The notes beneath the pieces are model-generated. The model was not told the origin of the DNA, searched no databases, and was given only the letters and a program-made list of their open reading frames with translations. Below, piece after piece: positions 48,601 through 61,736 of a DNA stretch of 64,000 bases. Origin of the DNA: Calcarisporiella thermophila CBS 279.70. Lineage: Eukaryota > Fungi > Calcarisporiellomycota. Positions within the stretch are counted from its first letter, which is position 1. Every line of letters starts with the position of its first letter. The stretch lies in NCBI RefSeq assembly GCF_041956535.1, contig NW_027192199.1, positions 551,741 through 615,740 of the forward strand. Reading direction: 5' to 3'. Both the position numbers and the translations under genes were made by a program.

Positions 48601-49333
48601 CCTTCGAAAAAGAGAGATCCTTTGCAATAGACTTTTCCAGAATTACTTCATGCTGTTGCCTATACTCTTCTACTTGTTGTTGGAATTCTATCTCCTGCAC
48701 GTGAAGCTGTTTCTTCAGTCTTCGTATCTCATCACGAAGCTTGCGGACATTTTTCTGAGAAGCACTGAGCTTCTTTTCTGTATCTTGAAGTTCATCTACA
48801 AGGTGACGTAAGTGCTCCCGTGGGTGTTCGATGCTTGCATATTGAATAGCCTCGATCCACTGCTGTCTTGTCTCCTCATTGGGAGCACTGAAAACATAAT
48901 CGTGAGATGAATCATTAGAGAAGCAGAGTGCAAAGGAGTGAGGAGGAGCAGAGGGGTCGTTGTCCAAAGAGGTGACAAAATGGTTTTCAAGAAATATAAA
49001 GCCAAGTGGTTGCTAAAAAAAATGGAGGAGTGAACACCTTCTAAAATCCCACTGATTGGTAAACTCAACAATTTACTATACCGTGTTCTTTTCCGCGAAA
49101 TAGAATAAAATGTTGCCTTTAAGAACACACCACCTATGAAAGAAAAACAAGATGAGCTGGTTCATCTAGACACTCTAGTACGCATTTTGGGCTAACCGTT
49201 GCTTGAATGTATCATCGGTGGCAAGCTTCCAGCTGAATGAATTCGCTTCACCCCGCTTCAAAAGAAATCCCGACTTATCAATGTGAAAAGGTGAGAGAGA
49301 GAAATTGATGATATCGGCTTCATTGTATCGCAT
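45664..49333 (-). CDS. PH, coiled-coil, C2 and INPP4-like (inositol polyphosphate 4-phosphatase family) protein lacking the catalytic motif. Exons approx. 49333-49197, 49133-49082, 49012-47906, 47848-47383, 47318-45664.
   Basis: MRYNE...DKSGFLLKR...FKQRWCVLKGNILFYF...PLGFIFLE...WIEAIQYAS (PH); WLELGKTE...FGMVKCKLSTL (C2); ELSTESPFNIAVPQLLL, GYFAYIEVVL, SLSVHPALF, VTTDQMRILLEGH (INPP4-like). Confidence 0.7.
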
Positions 49334-49600
49334 GGTTGGCAATATAGAGTAAGTGTATTAGGTAAAAAGCGGGTGATATCAATCTGCGCAAACTGTGCAG
49401 ATTAAGTCATTAGAGAGAAAAGAGCATTAACATCAAAGAATTCATGATATTCTGGAGTTTGTTTGTCCCCAATTCTTTGAGTGCAGTAAATTTGAAGTTA
49501 CACGGACATATGAATTTGTAAACGGCTCGAGACGCTTAAGCACTGGTATTTATGCGGTTCCATTTTTAATTGATCCGGCTCACATATGTCTATGTAGAAT

Positions 49601-50246
49601 TTATTCTGCATCAAAAGAGAGTAGCGAGGCGACATTGGCCTTTTTAGCTTTTTTCTTCTTCGCGCTTCTCTCCCTCCCATCCTCTCCCTCCTTTCGCTTT
49701 TTCCTTTCTGCCACAGCCTGATCCACCAGATCTGTAAGCGAGTTGCTCTCTTCGGGCTTCTTCTTCTCCTTACCGAGAGTGGATTTGGATTTGGGCGATG
49801 TGTCTGGTTTATTCTTCTTCGGTCTCCTGAAGAGAATTCTACCATCCGCAGGTGGTGGTTCATCTTCCTCGGAATTTTGTTCCACTTTAGACGAATCGGC
49901 GAAGTCTGGATCATAATTAACAGCCGAAGACAAAACACATGAATTATCAAGAAATAAATTTACCTTCATCCTGTCTTCCGAAATGCTTTTTTACTTCCTT
50001 TTCGCTCATGTGTTTGTTTTTAAGCACCACGATCTGGGGCCGCTCTTCATCCTTTCCCTCAAATAACTCATCTTCTGTGTTCCATCCCTCTGATTCCTCA
50101 TCGCTCTTATTTGCTCGAGATTGGTTTAAGCGCTTATCTTCAGTCGTATAGCCGGGAACGTTGATGTTTTGCAGAAATTTTGGAAGCTCACCCTTATCGT
50201 AAACAAGCGATTTGGAGAATTGATACGGGGTTTGCTTTGGAGGCAT
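49601..50246 (-). CDS. DUF4604 / KIAA1143-like protein; one intron
   Basis: LVYDKGELPKFLQ, DEERPQIVVLK, GRILFRRPKK, C-terminal SLLSFDAE. Confidence 0.8.
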
Positions 50247-50716
50247 TATTAAATAGAATGAATTTTTGGAAGTAGAAAATTTCATTATGGTGGCCACGGA
50301 AAATGCGATGACGTGTTCTGTTTATTCCTCTCTTGGGGATATAAATTCGAAATGCTAGTAACTTTAGGAGTCTTTTCAACTTTGCAACCAGGTCGAGTGA
50401 AGCGAATGCCAATAAAGGGATTGAGATCCGGCATTTCTAACTTCACTTTCAGTTTTTCGCTTGAGTCGTTTTTTACGAATACCTTGCGTAAATGGTTAAG
50501 CCTGGAAGAATGACCTGTGATGTCCCTTTATAGGGCAATGGAATCCATTGCACGAGGATCTCGCATCATACATGATTTTAGCAACATCCTAATCTTTTGA
50601 TGTGGCAATATGTTTATTAATGAAAAGAGGGATACATAACGCGCTTATCATTAGCAATGAGCAATGAATGTGTGAATCAAGAGAAAAATATAAATATTTT
50701 CTGCACAGGAAATTAT

Positions 50717-51825
50717 TTAGTCCAAGTTAATGAACTTGGGTGTCTTCCTCAGCCCCTCATCTGTGGTAATGACTGGTTTATACCCGAGCTCTCTGCGTAT
50801 TTTACTATCATCTATCGTGACATCTTGACCAATGAGTACTATACTCTGACGGTTGAGTCCTGGGAATTTTGGAGCAAACGGCACATTTTCCAATATGCCA
50901 GCCAAGGACATCGCAAGCCAAAACGGTACGCTGCCTAGGTTCTCTGGAATATGGTAATCTTGAGTTGCAACATAGCTTGTGATGAAATCTTTAAAGTTGA
51001 CTGGCTCCCCATCTGTCACGAAATACACGTTCCCATCTGAAGCTTTCTCGGCTGCAAGTCGCATCGCATGGGTCAAATTATCAACATGGCACACATTTGT
51101 CACTGGCAGAGGCGTTAGCCATTTAAAGCTTCCGCCCTGAAGTGCCTTGATCGTTCCTGCCAAAGCACTTGTATCGTCATTCCCCCAAATAAAGCGCGGG
51201 CGGAGGATAGCAGTTTTCAAATCGGGCCCATTTGCACGCTTGACGATTTCCTCGGCCATTGCCTTGGATTTGGAATATGGTGCCCATTGAGGCGGGTCAG
51301 TTGGTGTGTTCTCATCAAGATTTGTGAGACCATGGTTTGCGCGAACACAAACCGCTTCAGTCGAAAGATGAATGAGTTTCGGAACTTTTGCCTGTAAAAC
51401 ATTAAATACCATGAATCCAAAAGAAAAAGAGAAAAAAAGTAGCCATTCTCACCTTCTTTGCCGCGTCAACGACATTTTGTGTACCTTGGACATTGATTTT
51501 CAGAAACTCTTTCCAGGGTTGCTCAAAATCGACCTAATAGAAGATAATGAGATACTAAATATCCAATCACAGTATCAATGCTACGTACCAGAGCAGCTAC
51601 ATGGTATACAACATCACATCCCGACATTTGGGTAAGTGCATTGGTATCCTCCAAATCTCCTCGCACAATAGAAACTTCTTGCTGTTTATCAGCCGCCGCA
51701 TCTTTAATATTCTTGTCGCTCGTAGCCGATCGAGACAAGCACGAAAGAGTGTCGCCCTGGGTTAGAAGATATCGTATCAGATTTCTCCCAACATAACCAG
51801 AGCCTCCAGTAATAAATGCTTTCAT
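50717..51825 (-). CDS. Extended SDR, NAD-dependent epimerase / 3-beta-HSD-like; two introns
   Basis: MKAFITGGSGYVG, VYHVAA, NVQGT, IHLSTEAV, YSKSK, ILRPRFIWG, CHVDNL. Confidence 0.9.
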
Positions 51826-52095
51826 AGTATCGTTTGAATTCGTTTCAATCAAGAACAAAAGTTCATGGTGGAGCTTGGGAAATTTCTTATATACTCTTAC
51901 TAGATATAGTTTATATTAATATTTTCCCGAAGCGACATTCTTTTTCAAAAATCACGTGCAGCCAACCATAACAGTCACGCTATTTATAACATAGTTTATG
52001 GGCCGAAAGCGTTATCCATAGGGCGAACACACGAAAGTATATTAGAAGCATAAATTATTGCTATTTATTAATATAACAAGGTTCTGAAGTGGAGG

Positions 52096-54911
52096 ATGAC
52101 CACGGTTCGTCGCAAGCCAAGGCGCGTTCATACGTTGCAACATGAGCGCGTAGAACGCCCTCGAAACCTTAAATCTTCGCATTCGGAAGCTGACTTGAGT
52201 AAAGCCTATGAAGAGGAAGGAGATGAAATTAATAATGAATACAGTGTCGACAATTCAAGCGCCAAAGTCACCGTTAGTCGTAAACGCCTTTTGGTGTTTA
52301 TTTTCGGCCTAGTGATGGGCCTGGGACTTGCATCTTTCTTGGCAGTAAATCCGCCATCGTTTGATCGCGGTCTTTCAATGCTTCCACTCCAACTTCCAGA
52401 GCTAATGGCTGCGCTTAGTGAAAGCATTGATATGGGCTTTGATTGGAATACATTGTTGCCACAAGATGTTTCATTTCTGCGCAGTATTCCGGAGTCTATC
52501 ATGGCGAAAGCAGGGCCTCCCGAATTTGAGCCTGGACTTTCACTCGCCAAGCGGGGACTCAAAGCGCATTACCCAGTTGTACTGATACCTGGAATTGTGT
52601 CCACTGTGTGAATCTTACTGTCAATATGTAGCTCGTATCAATTGCTCACAGTACAATATTTTCTCATTTAAATTTAGGGCTTGGAGAGCTGGAGTACCCC
52701 TGCAATGGCCAACAATTGTACGAGTAACTACTTTCGCAAAAGGCTTTGGGGAACAACTAGTGAGTTGAAACTTGGAATTTTTTCCATTTAATTTTGTATA
52801 AAAAAAACTAATTATCCTAATTATCTCGGTTCAACTCTACTTATCTTCCACAAAATAAGCCATGCTTCGAGCCATTTTGATGGATAAAGAATGCTGGATC
52901 AAACATATGTCATTAGATCCCAAAACGGGCTTGGACCCGCAAAATTTTCGACTTCGAGCAGCGCAAGGTATTGACGCTGCCGATTATCTTCTTCCCGGGT
53001 GAGTGTTTTCTAGCATTACATTCTATAAATATATAATGCTGAGCGGTATTTTGTTTATGATGATAGATATTGGGTGTGGGGTAAAGTGATTTTTTTATAT
53101 AAGTATACCAATTAGTTCCACTATAAATAGTTACCTTAATATCACCTATCACTTCCAGCCAAAGTTGTTGAGAATCTTGCAGCAATTGGGTACGACAGTA
53201 CGAATATGCATTTAGCCGCCTACGACTGGCGCCTTTCTTTCGGCAATCTGGAAGTACGCGATCGCTACCTCTCTAAGCTTAAGGATACGATTGAGCAGGC
53301 CAAACGCATTGATGGCAAGAGATCGGTTATCATTGCCCACTCGATGGGCTCGAATCTGTTCTTCTACTTTTTGAAGGTATTTGAAATTTAGATCACATAT
53401 CCAGAAAAAAATTGCCATTCTAAATTAATCTTATTCTCGTTGTGTTCTATTATCATTTTAGTGGGTGGAACATCCAAGTGGCGGGAATGGCGGTCCAAAC
53501 TGGGTAGATACTCACATCGAGGCATTTATCAATATTGCTGGACCATTGCTCGGAGTGACAAAAGCGGTGACGGCACTGTTATCAGGTAGGCTATATTTTC
53601 CAATATTTTATTTCTATATCCAAAGTTGCCAGAATACATTTCAAAATTGGACATTCTTCTCTTTCGATATAGGTGAGATGTCCGATACAGTCCACATGGG
53701 TGTTGTCGGAACCTACATGCTGGAGCGCTTTTTCGGAAAACATGAGCGCGCTGCTCTCTTTCAAACTTGGCCGGGAGCTGCTTCGATGCTGCCAAAAGGT
53801 GGCGAGGCGATATGGGGTAATCTTACCTTTGCCCCAGACGATCCAGATGATCAGACGGAATCGTTTGGGTCCCTTCTTAGCTTCACATCGTACGTCACTG
53901 ACGGAACTACTGCAAATGAAAATGCCGCGATACTCATGAGCAACCAGACTGCGAAGACGGCACTTGAACTCTTACATCGGTCTGTTCCAAGAACATTCTC
54001 TAACATGCTAAAAACCAACTACAGGTGAACCGTTCTGCACCCGAGTCAAACACACTGCAGACTACTAATTTACTTGCCTTTTTCAATTTCTCTTTACTAG
54101 CCATGGAGTCACTACAGATCCTGAACAGCTGCTTCGCAATGACAATGACCTCACGAAGTGGTCGAATCCACTCGAAGCGACCCTTCCCCGCTCAAGCATG
54201 AGAACCTATTGTTTCTACGGTGTCGGGAAACGTACCGAGAGGAAGTTCTACTATACTGCAGATTATGAAATGCTCCCTGCAGGATATCCCGTCACGCACT
54301 CGAAAGAGTGTCCTGCGAGTAGCAACTGTTCTTCTGCCGAGTCTGCTGTCTGTTACGCGCCGAATGCGCAGAAGCCCTCGATAGAGCTCCCTCCTTATGT
54401 TTATATTAACTCCGATATACACGACGGGGCGAGAAACATCTCACATGGAGTGCAGTTTGGTGAAGGGTATGTATTTAAACAAATGTATATTTATTCAGAC
54501 GATGCAGCTTGAGAGTAATATATCATTCACCATTTTCTAGCGATGGTACGGTTCCTTTAATATCAATGGGCTTCATGTGTGCGAGGGGTTGGCGAAGTCG
54601 CACCTACAATCCCAGCGGCTCGCCAGTCACCACTCGTGAGTATAAACACAGCTCTGAGTTTTATTTTGATCTGCGTGGAGGGGGTAAGACATCGGATCAT
54701 GTGGATATCATGGGAAATCTTGAAATGATGGTAAATGCAGCCTCAATCATTCGCAATTCATTGACGCCTTCCATTGAACCCTTTTGTATAGGCCGACATC
54801 CTTAAGATTGCTGCAAACAAGTACACGGACGAAGTCGAAGATAGAATATATTCCAAAATTCATGAATACAGCAACAAAGTTGAGTTGGATATCGATGATG
54901 TGAGTAATTGA
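52096..54911 (+). CDS. LRO1: Phospholipid:diacylglycerol acyltransferase; multi-exon including a 14-nt micro-exon
   Basis: N-terminal TM helix, PVVLIPGIVSTGLESW, YFRKRLWG, GYWVWAKVVENL, AAYDWRL, IAHSMG, GEGDGTVPL, DHVDIMG. Confidence 0.95.
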
Positions 54912-55248
54912 TATCCAATGGACTCTCTGGAAGTATAATAATCATGTTTAATCCCATTGATGGGCGCTAATGCGTTTTATTATTTTTTTTGTATTCTTTC
55001 TTTTCAATTTAATGCATGCATTTTAGAGAGAGACAATTAAAATATAACACATACTATTTCTCAGAGGCAGATTGAACCCCCACTAAAAATACAGTAAAGC
55101 AGCCCTTTTAGCAGCGCGCTCTTTAATTTGGAATTGAATATTACATTCATCCGCTTTCTAAGTGTGGATGAAGATTAATTTATTAAAACAAAAATCAATA
55201 ACAAGTACATACACAGTTGAGCTAAATGAAAAATAACTGAAAATAATC

Positions 55249-57261
55249 TCAGGAGAAAGCGTCTCCGTTGTTTTTAAGAGCACGTAACAATTCTGTTTGA
55301 TATATATCCACTTGATGCTTGAGCCGCGCGTAGTCAGCCTGTGTCTCGGCCATCTCAGTTTCGATCTGATTTCGCAAATTCATTATCTAGGCAGATGCAA
55401 CATTACCATTAACCTTTTCTTTATCGTTTCCAGTAAACACACGTCATATCCTTCACTAACCTCCTGCTCCTTCTCCTCGATGATTCGGTGATTGGCGTCG
55501 ATCCTTGTCTGCATTCCCGCTCGCTCTGCCGATATCACTTGGTGCTCTTCTCGTAGTTTAGTCAGCTTCTGCTCAAGTGACTCATGCTTTACCTTCTTCT
55601 GATTCTGGAGGCTAGCTATCTTTTCTTGGGCGCTGTCAAGCTGCCGCTTTAATTGCTAGTGTGACGTAAACTACATTAGCATTGACTTTTCTTCTTATCA
55701 CATACGAGGCCACGTACATGCTCTTTCATGTCTAGCTCACGTAGCTCCAGTTTCAGCTTCTCAGTTCTCTCTTTATCCTGGGCCATTTTTCTTAGCGCCT
55801 CTTCGTGTCGCTTCATCTCTGCCTCGCATTCCTCCATAGCCTGTATACACGAGGCAACGTCCTGTTACAAAAAGCGGGAAGAGTGTTAATTAGCTTGTAA
55901 GTCCAATTGCATGATGAAGAGTAACACACCTGTTCAACGACACTTATTGCATCCAATTTAAGATGAACCTCTCTTTCTTTTTTCCTCAGTTGAGCAAGGT
56001 CTTCTTTCTCATTTACCAAATTGTTAGACATTGTAGCAATTTCCTAGATCATACAGGGTTAATATGCACCGCTAGATAATACCTATAAACACTACCAACA
56101 TCTTTTAATTTCTCGGGATTATGGACGATTCTTGAACGAAGTCTTTGCAATTCTTGCTTTGTAGAGACCAGGAGACCATAGTTACTTTCCTATATCAAAA
56201 GTGAAGGAGAGACAAGAAGCGAGAGGGAAGGTTGGTTAAAGTTTATCACTTTAGATTTTCTCTAAAGAGCAAAAGAGAAATATTATTTACTCACCAGATG
56301 TTTCTTCAGTTCGCTCTTTTGTCCCTTTAATTCATCGATTTCTTCGGCCAGTGTGCTCTCCTGTTTTTTAAGTTCTCGGAGATCTTTAGTTATAGCACTG
56401 TTAAGCTCTTTCGCTTTTTTGATAGCAGGTTCTTCTTCAGCCCGCTGTAACCTTTATGTTAAAATTGCGCAAAATAAATATCAGTATGAGGTATACTTGG
56501 GAAATAATTAATACTTTAGATTATTTAATCGTTCCGTAAGATCCTGGGTTTCTGCCTCCAGCTGTGCCCGCTTTTCGAAGTACTCGTCCTAGACAGAATT
56601 GCATAGTGCGTAAATAGGAATAGAAAACTACTGGACAATTAAAGGCACATACCGAGCGCGTCGCATACTTGTCAAATACAGCTAATCGGCTCTGATGGAA
56701 TTTTGCGAAATTGATTAAGGCACTAATAATACGCCTTGTACGGCCTGGATCTGGCTTTAGCAAATCGCGTAGACCAAAATCCCCTACTCCAATATTTATC
56801 ATGAGATTTTCGCTATATGGAAAGCGCAAACCAGCATTTAGCTTCAAATGAAAAATATCTATAGGCCATATTATCTTTTAAGAAGTATACTCACAGCATT
56901 CGATAAAATGTCATATTTCCCATAGAATCGCTATAGATTTCCTACAAGCGACGCGTCCTATATATATTAGAAAATCCAATTTTATCACCAAACAGACTTA
57001 AATTCTAATGGAGTTTACCGGATATTCCTCTACCACCTCCAGTATGGCCGCCCCTGCAGACTCTAAATCGGCGGGATTGACACCCATCAAAATGTCCAGA
57101 AACTCCCCATATACATTTTGTAGGCGTTGCGCGCTAGGCTTGGTAAAATCTTCTTCTCCAAAGGGTATCTGAAGCTCATGCATGCATTGCAAAATTTCCT
57201 TAGGCGTTAGAGTAGGAAAGCTGTAAATGGTTTTGCCGGGAGTTCTGGGATCGTAGCTCAT
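55249..57261 (-). CDS. NUF2: Kinetochore Ndc80-complex subunit Nuf2; multi-exon
   Basis: YSFPTLTPKEILQCM, DFGLRDLLKPDPGRTRRIISALINFAKF, SRIVHNPEKLK, long coiled coil. Confidence 0.93.
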
Positions 57262-57374
57262 AATGAAACACCAATACTAGATCCACGTACTAAAAGATGA
57301 TGGTAAAGCAACTTAAGATATGGGATTTGTTGAGAAGTGAGGAGTTGAGCTGAGTTTTGTTCCTGATTTATTTT

Positions 57375-57380
57375 ACGCGT
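57375..57380. promoter_or_regulatory. MCB element (ACGCGT) upstream of NUF2
   Basis: Exact MluI box about 115 bp upstream of the NUF2 ATG, in an AT-rich intergenic region. Confidence 0.45.
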
Positions 57381-57547
57381 ATTTGTGACTGCTACTACGT
57401 GTTTCCCTAAAGATAACTTCTCATTTCGTAAAGCAAACTGGGAAAAATATAGGGACATAACAAATATCATGAGAATGGCAATGGGAGCAAATGGAAATAG
57501 GTAAGGATAATAAAACAAAGGAGAGTTATGGTCAAGTATACATATGT

Positions 57548-59352
57548 TTAAATCTTTTGATCTCTATTTTCAGCATTGAAGTAGCTCTTCAGTCCTTGCC
57601 AGCACTCAAAGTAGTTTTCCTGGATCTTTTGGCACCGGTTGAGGGCCCAGTCGGTGACGGAGAGGATTTGTGAGGTCTCGAACATAAAGGCCTGAGTACC
57701 ATCGATTTTGTGGGGGCCGAGGGTTGCCCTTGAGGCCTTTTCAAAGGTCGTGGAATCAGGGCCATGAGGAGTCATCAAATTATGGAGGGTTGCACCACCA
57801 GGGTTGAAACCTTCAGCCTTAGCATCATAGACACCTAGGGTGTGGAGAAGAGGGAGGAGACAAAAAATAAGCCCATTGGTCACGTATAACGAAAATCAGT
57901 GGCATAAACTCTACCATGGATAAGTCCCATGAATTCAGCCATAGAGTTACGATGATAATAAGGAGGACGGAACTGCAGTTGAAAAAAAAAAGTTAGAGGC
58001 TGTATATGCCCATGCATATGATCTCATATTTACGGTGTTTTCAGCGACCATCCAGCGAGGGGGGAAGATTACAAAGTCGGCGAGAGCAGTTCCGGGGAAT
58101 GCGGACTTGCAGGTAAGTACTGTGAAGATGGAGGGATCCTTGAAGGGTGTGAGAAAATAAGTAAAAAATATCTTAAACAAATAGTTAATGGGGCTTACTG
58201 GGTGGTCAAAGGAGACAGTGTTGATGGTGTTAAATTTAGCCAAATCATATTTGTATGGAGCATAGTTTCCGTGCCATGCAACCACATTGTAAGGTGAGTG
58301 GTTTTGCTTAGCAGAAAAGAGCTTGCCGTTGAACTTTGAGATGACAGTCCAGTCGCCCTCTACATCCTCAAACGCTGCAACAGGGGTCTGGAAGTCCCGT
58401 GGGTTGGCAAGTCCATTAGCACCTATTCACCCATCACAGCCCATATGTTACATAATGAATGGAATCATATTTAGTAGAATATAAACTTACCAATAGGTCC
58501 AAGATCAGGAAGTTCGAAGTGGTTGTTGTAAACTTCGCAAATATAACCACGGCTATTGCGACGAAAATACAATTAGAAGGCTGCTGGGGCGAATTTCAAT
58601 GCTCACTTACCTAGGTCCATCGGGCAGGGCGACGGTGAACCGCATACCACGCTGAATGACACAAATTTCATTTGGCCTTACCAACATTTTGCCAAATTCA
58701 GTCGTAATGTCAAGAGCACCCAATTGAGGTACTAGAACGAGTAACACTCATATTAGTAGCTGCTCTGTCAAAAAAATTTATATACGAGACAAGCTCACCA
58801 ATTAAAAAGTCACCGTCAGAGTTGTAGAATGCCTTTTCTTTCATATCGGCATTCGCTGCATAGATGTGGATGGCAATGCCGGAACGCTGTGCTGGGTCAC
58901 CCGAACCAGCAACGGTATGGAGACCCTGTACGAAATCTACAGAGTCCCCTTCGCCTGGAAGATCAAAAGGAGACCACCGAAGTTGATTGGGATTTGTGTG
59001 AACATTGGGAGATCCGGTGCCAAAATGGCTGACGAGATCCCTGACTTCGGTATGAGGTTCAAATGGACGATGGGTAACAGATGGGCGAATGCGATAGAAC
59101 CAGGTTCGCTGGTTATTCTTACGATCAACCGTAAAAGCTGTGCCAGAGAGCTGCTCGGAATAAAGGCCATAGGGGCACACCTGAGGCATGTTCTGGCCTA
59201 CATTATTTGATAGCGAGTTGAAATAATTGAGTAAAAGAGGCAATGAAACCAGCCTATGTACCTATCGGCAAAGCTCCCTCAAGTGCCTCTGACGAAAAAT
59301 GGTTTCCAAAACCATCCATATACTTGTATTTGTCCTTGGTTTGGGTCGTCAT
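57548..59352 (-). CDS. hmgA: Homogentisate 1,2-dioxygenase; multi-exon
   Basis: [97 protein letters not shown]. Confidence 0.97.
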
Positions 59353-59758
59353 TGTGACTAAGACTCAATTTGCGGCAGGATTTTAATGGGAGGGTAATGT
59401 ATAAATGCTATTTTTTTTTTCTGGAGGCGATAAACGAAGGGGGTGAGTTGTTTATATAATTTGGAGGGACCGTGAGAAAATTCATGGGTAATATTTTCCA
59501 TAGTTACTACTATACGTGATTCTCGATTTCGAGCGGAGTAATGTTTTTTTGGTCATCAGATTTATAGAATAATCGGTGACTACATAAGTAAAAAAAAATT
59601 TACAATTACAATTTGGGAGGGGGTAAAAAATATGGGATTGATGTAGTATGACGAGAAAAGAATTAACAGCAGGATGCAATAAAATGAGTGCGGAATGAAC
59701 TATTACAGATAAAATAATTCAGAAGGCAGAAACCTAGCTCCAAAGTAGCTCTAAACTT

Positions 59759-60691
59759 CTACACATCGCCAACCTGCTTTGCTTTGTTGCGGTTCCACCC
59801 ATAAGGTGCCGATGAGCGACTTCGGAAGCCTCCCAGGGATGAATGGAATTTGAACTGCACTATAAGGCCGATCAGGAAGAATACGGCCATACCCGCGAGC
59901 ATGCCGTACACTTTGCCATCAGCAACAAACCGACCGCTATGGAGAAAGGCGTCGAAGCAGGCATAGAGGCCAGTCTGAGCGAAGAAGTCGATACCGAGAA
60001 ACAGGGAGAAAGATCCGATCAAGGAAGTGAAAATAATGGTGATGGGTTTTTCCAAAAACCAGATCAGTACACCTCCTGCCACTACGAGACAAATGATGAA
60101 GATGATCCTTCCAGTGTTAGATTCGATAAGCCCGCCCGTTTTAAGGGACAAGATAAACATGGCAAGGAAGAAGCCTCCAAGTCCTCCCAAGAAGAAGAGC
60201 CCGACGAACCAACAGCAGACAAGAATTAGCCCTGCAACGACGCCCACACCCAATGAGACACCAAGAACCAAGGCAGTATTGCTGGCTGCATTGGTGTTGA
60301 GAAGAGCCGTTGCAACTAAGATGGAGACCACGTAGAGCCCGACAAAGAACTATAGGAAGCAAATGCCAACAAGATTAGCCTGGGCTGCCGTATAGACTCG
60401 CTGGTTCAATTAGAGGCTTACCATAGTGACTTTGAAGAATCGATAACCTAGCAGTGCAAAGTATAGACCGACTGCTATCAGGATAACGGCACCCACTATG
60501 GCGGGGACGGTGATCTGAAAACGGCTAAGGGTAACTCGAGGGTCAAGCTGCTCAGGTATATTGGGTATTTGACGTCGGTCGATGCTCACTGGCTGTGCTG
60601 ACGCACATTGGAAGAATAAGCTCAACAAGGAGCAGCAAAATAGCAACCACAGGAGTCTTTGACGAGAAAATTGTAGTGATGATGTTGTCAT
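59759..60691 (-). CDS. DUF4203 (TMEM198/TM7S3-like) multi-pass membrane protein; one intron
   Basis: Signal-like N-terminus, GYRFFKVTMFFVG, GGLGGFFLA, TSLIGSFSLFLGIDFF; about 7 TM helices. Confidence 0.85.
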
Positions 60692-61736
60692 TGTATGTTG
60701 TGATGAAATAAAAAAAATAATGAATTGAATGAATTAGTGGGGAATTGGACGATTCCTTCACCCTATATATCCTTTAGGCATGGAAAAAAAGAAAAAATAA
60801 AAATAAAAAAACACTGATCGAATCAAGTTCCAAGAAAGCCAAGAAAATTATTCGAGAAATTCTTTTTTATTGTCCGAATTTAGTAGGTCAAACCACAGGG
60901 TGGCGGGTGGAGTTTAATGAAACTGCTTGAAGCGTAAAATACTTCTAAATCTAGCCCCTAAACTTTTTTTCACGGGTGTAAAAATAGGATAGACAACACC
61001 ACTATTGATCTTCCTTCATATATCATTCCCTGTTTCTTGTATTTGTGATGTGGCAAAACATTTTTATACTCTACATAGCCAATTGACTATTCCATCATTT
61101 AAATTCGCATTGATAATAGAGTCTCTTTTATTACTAAAATATCAAGGGTCCCATTTGAAGCCTGTTTTTCGTTAGCCAAATTAAACTAAATACACTTGAG
61201 CAACGATGGCAAGTTGCAAGTGTGTTAAAGATATTCAAGGAATAAGTTAGGCTATCCTACATCCTCTACAATAGATTTTCGAGTGCTATTATAAAGATTT
61301 TTTCCAGAAATTCTCCACTAATTAAGACCCCATAGCCACATATCCTTAGTGATAATATGCTACTTGCGCCTCTTTTTCGTTCCTCCACATGATGAAATTG
61401 ATCTACCATATAACTGCGTTAATGTATTTGATATATCTGTATGTCTATAAACCATGACCTCTTTTAGAGCATCCATCCGACTGTTCAGTACATAATGGTA
61501 GAACGAAAGAGGGGATGCACCCAATTCTAATACGTGTATTTTACGTATCTGAAGTTGAAATTGGGAATTAGAATACCGCGAGTTTTTGATTTCTAATCCT
61601 CCACTTTATAACTGAGTTTGATTTTCCTTCGGAGAAAGAAATACAGAAATAAATGGAATATTCCATCAACTGCGCCAACCAGCAAACAAACCAAACACGA
61701 GGGGGAGAAAGGGCTTGTCAATAAAACACCATTGTA

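Noticed and set aside
57548-59352. Tyrosine-catabolism gene cluster around hmgA
   Set aside because: No hppD, fahA or maiA neighbours; the flanking genes are NUF2 and a DUF4203 gene.
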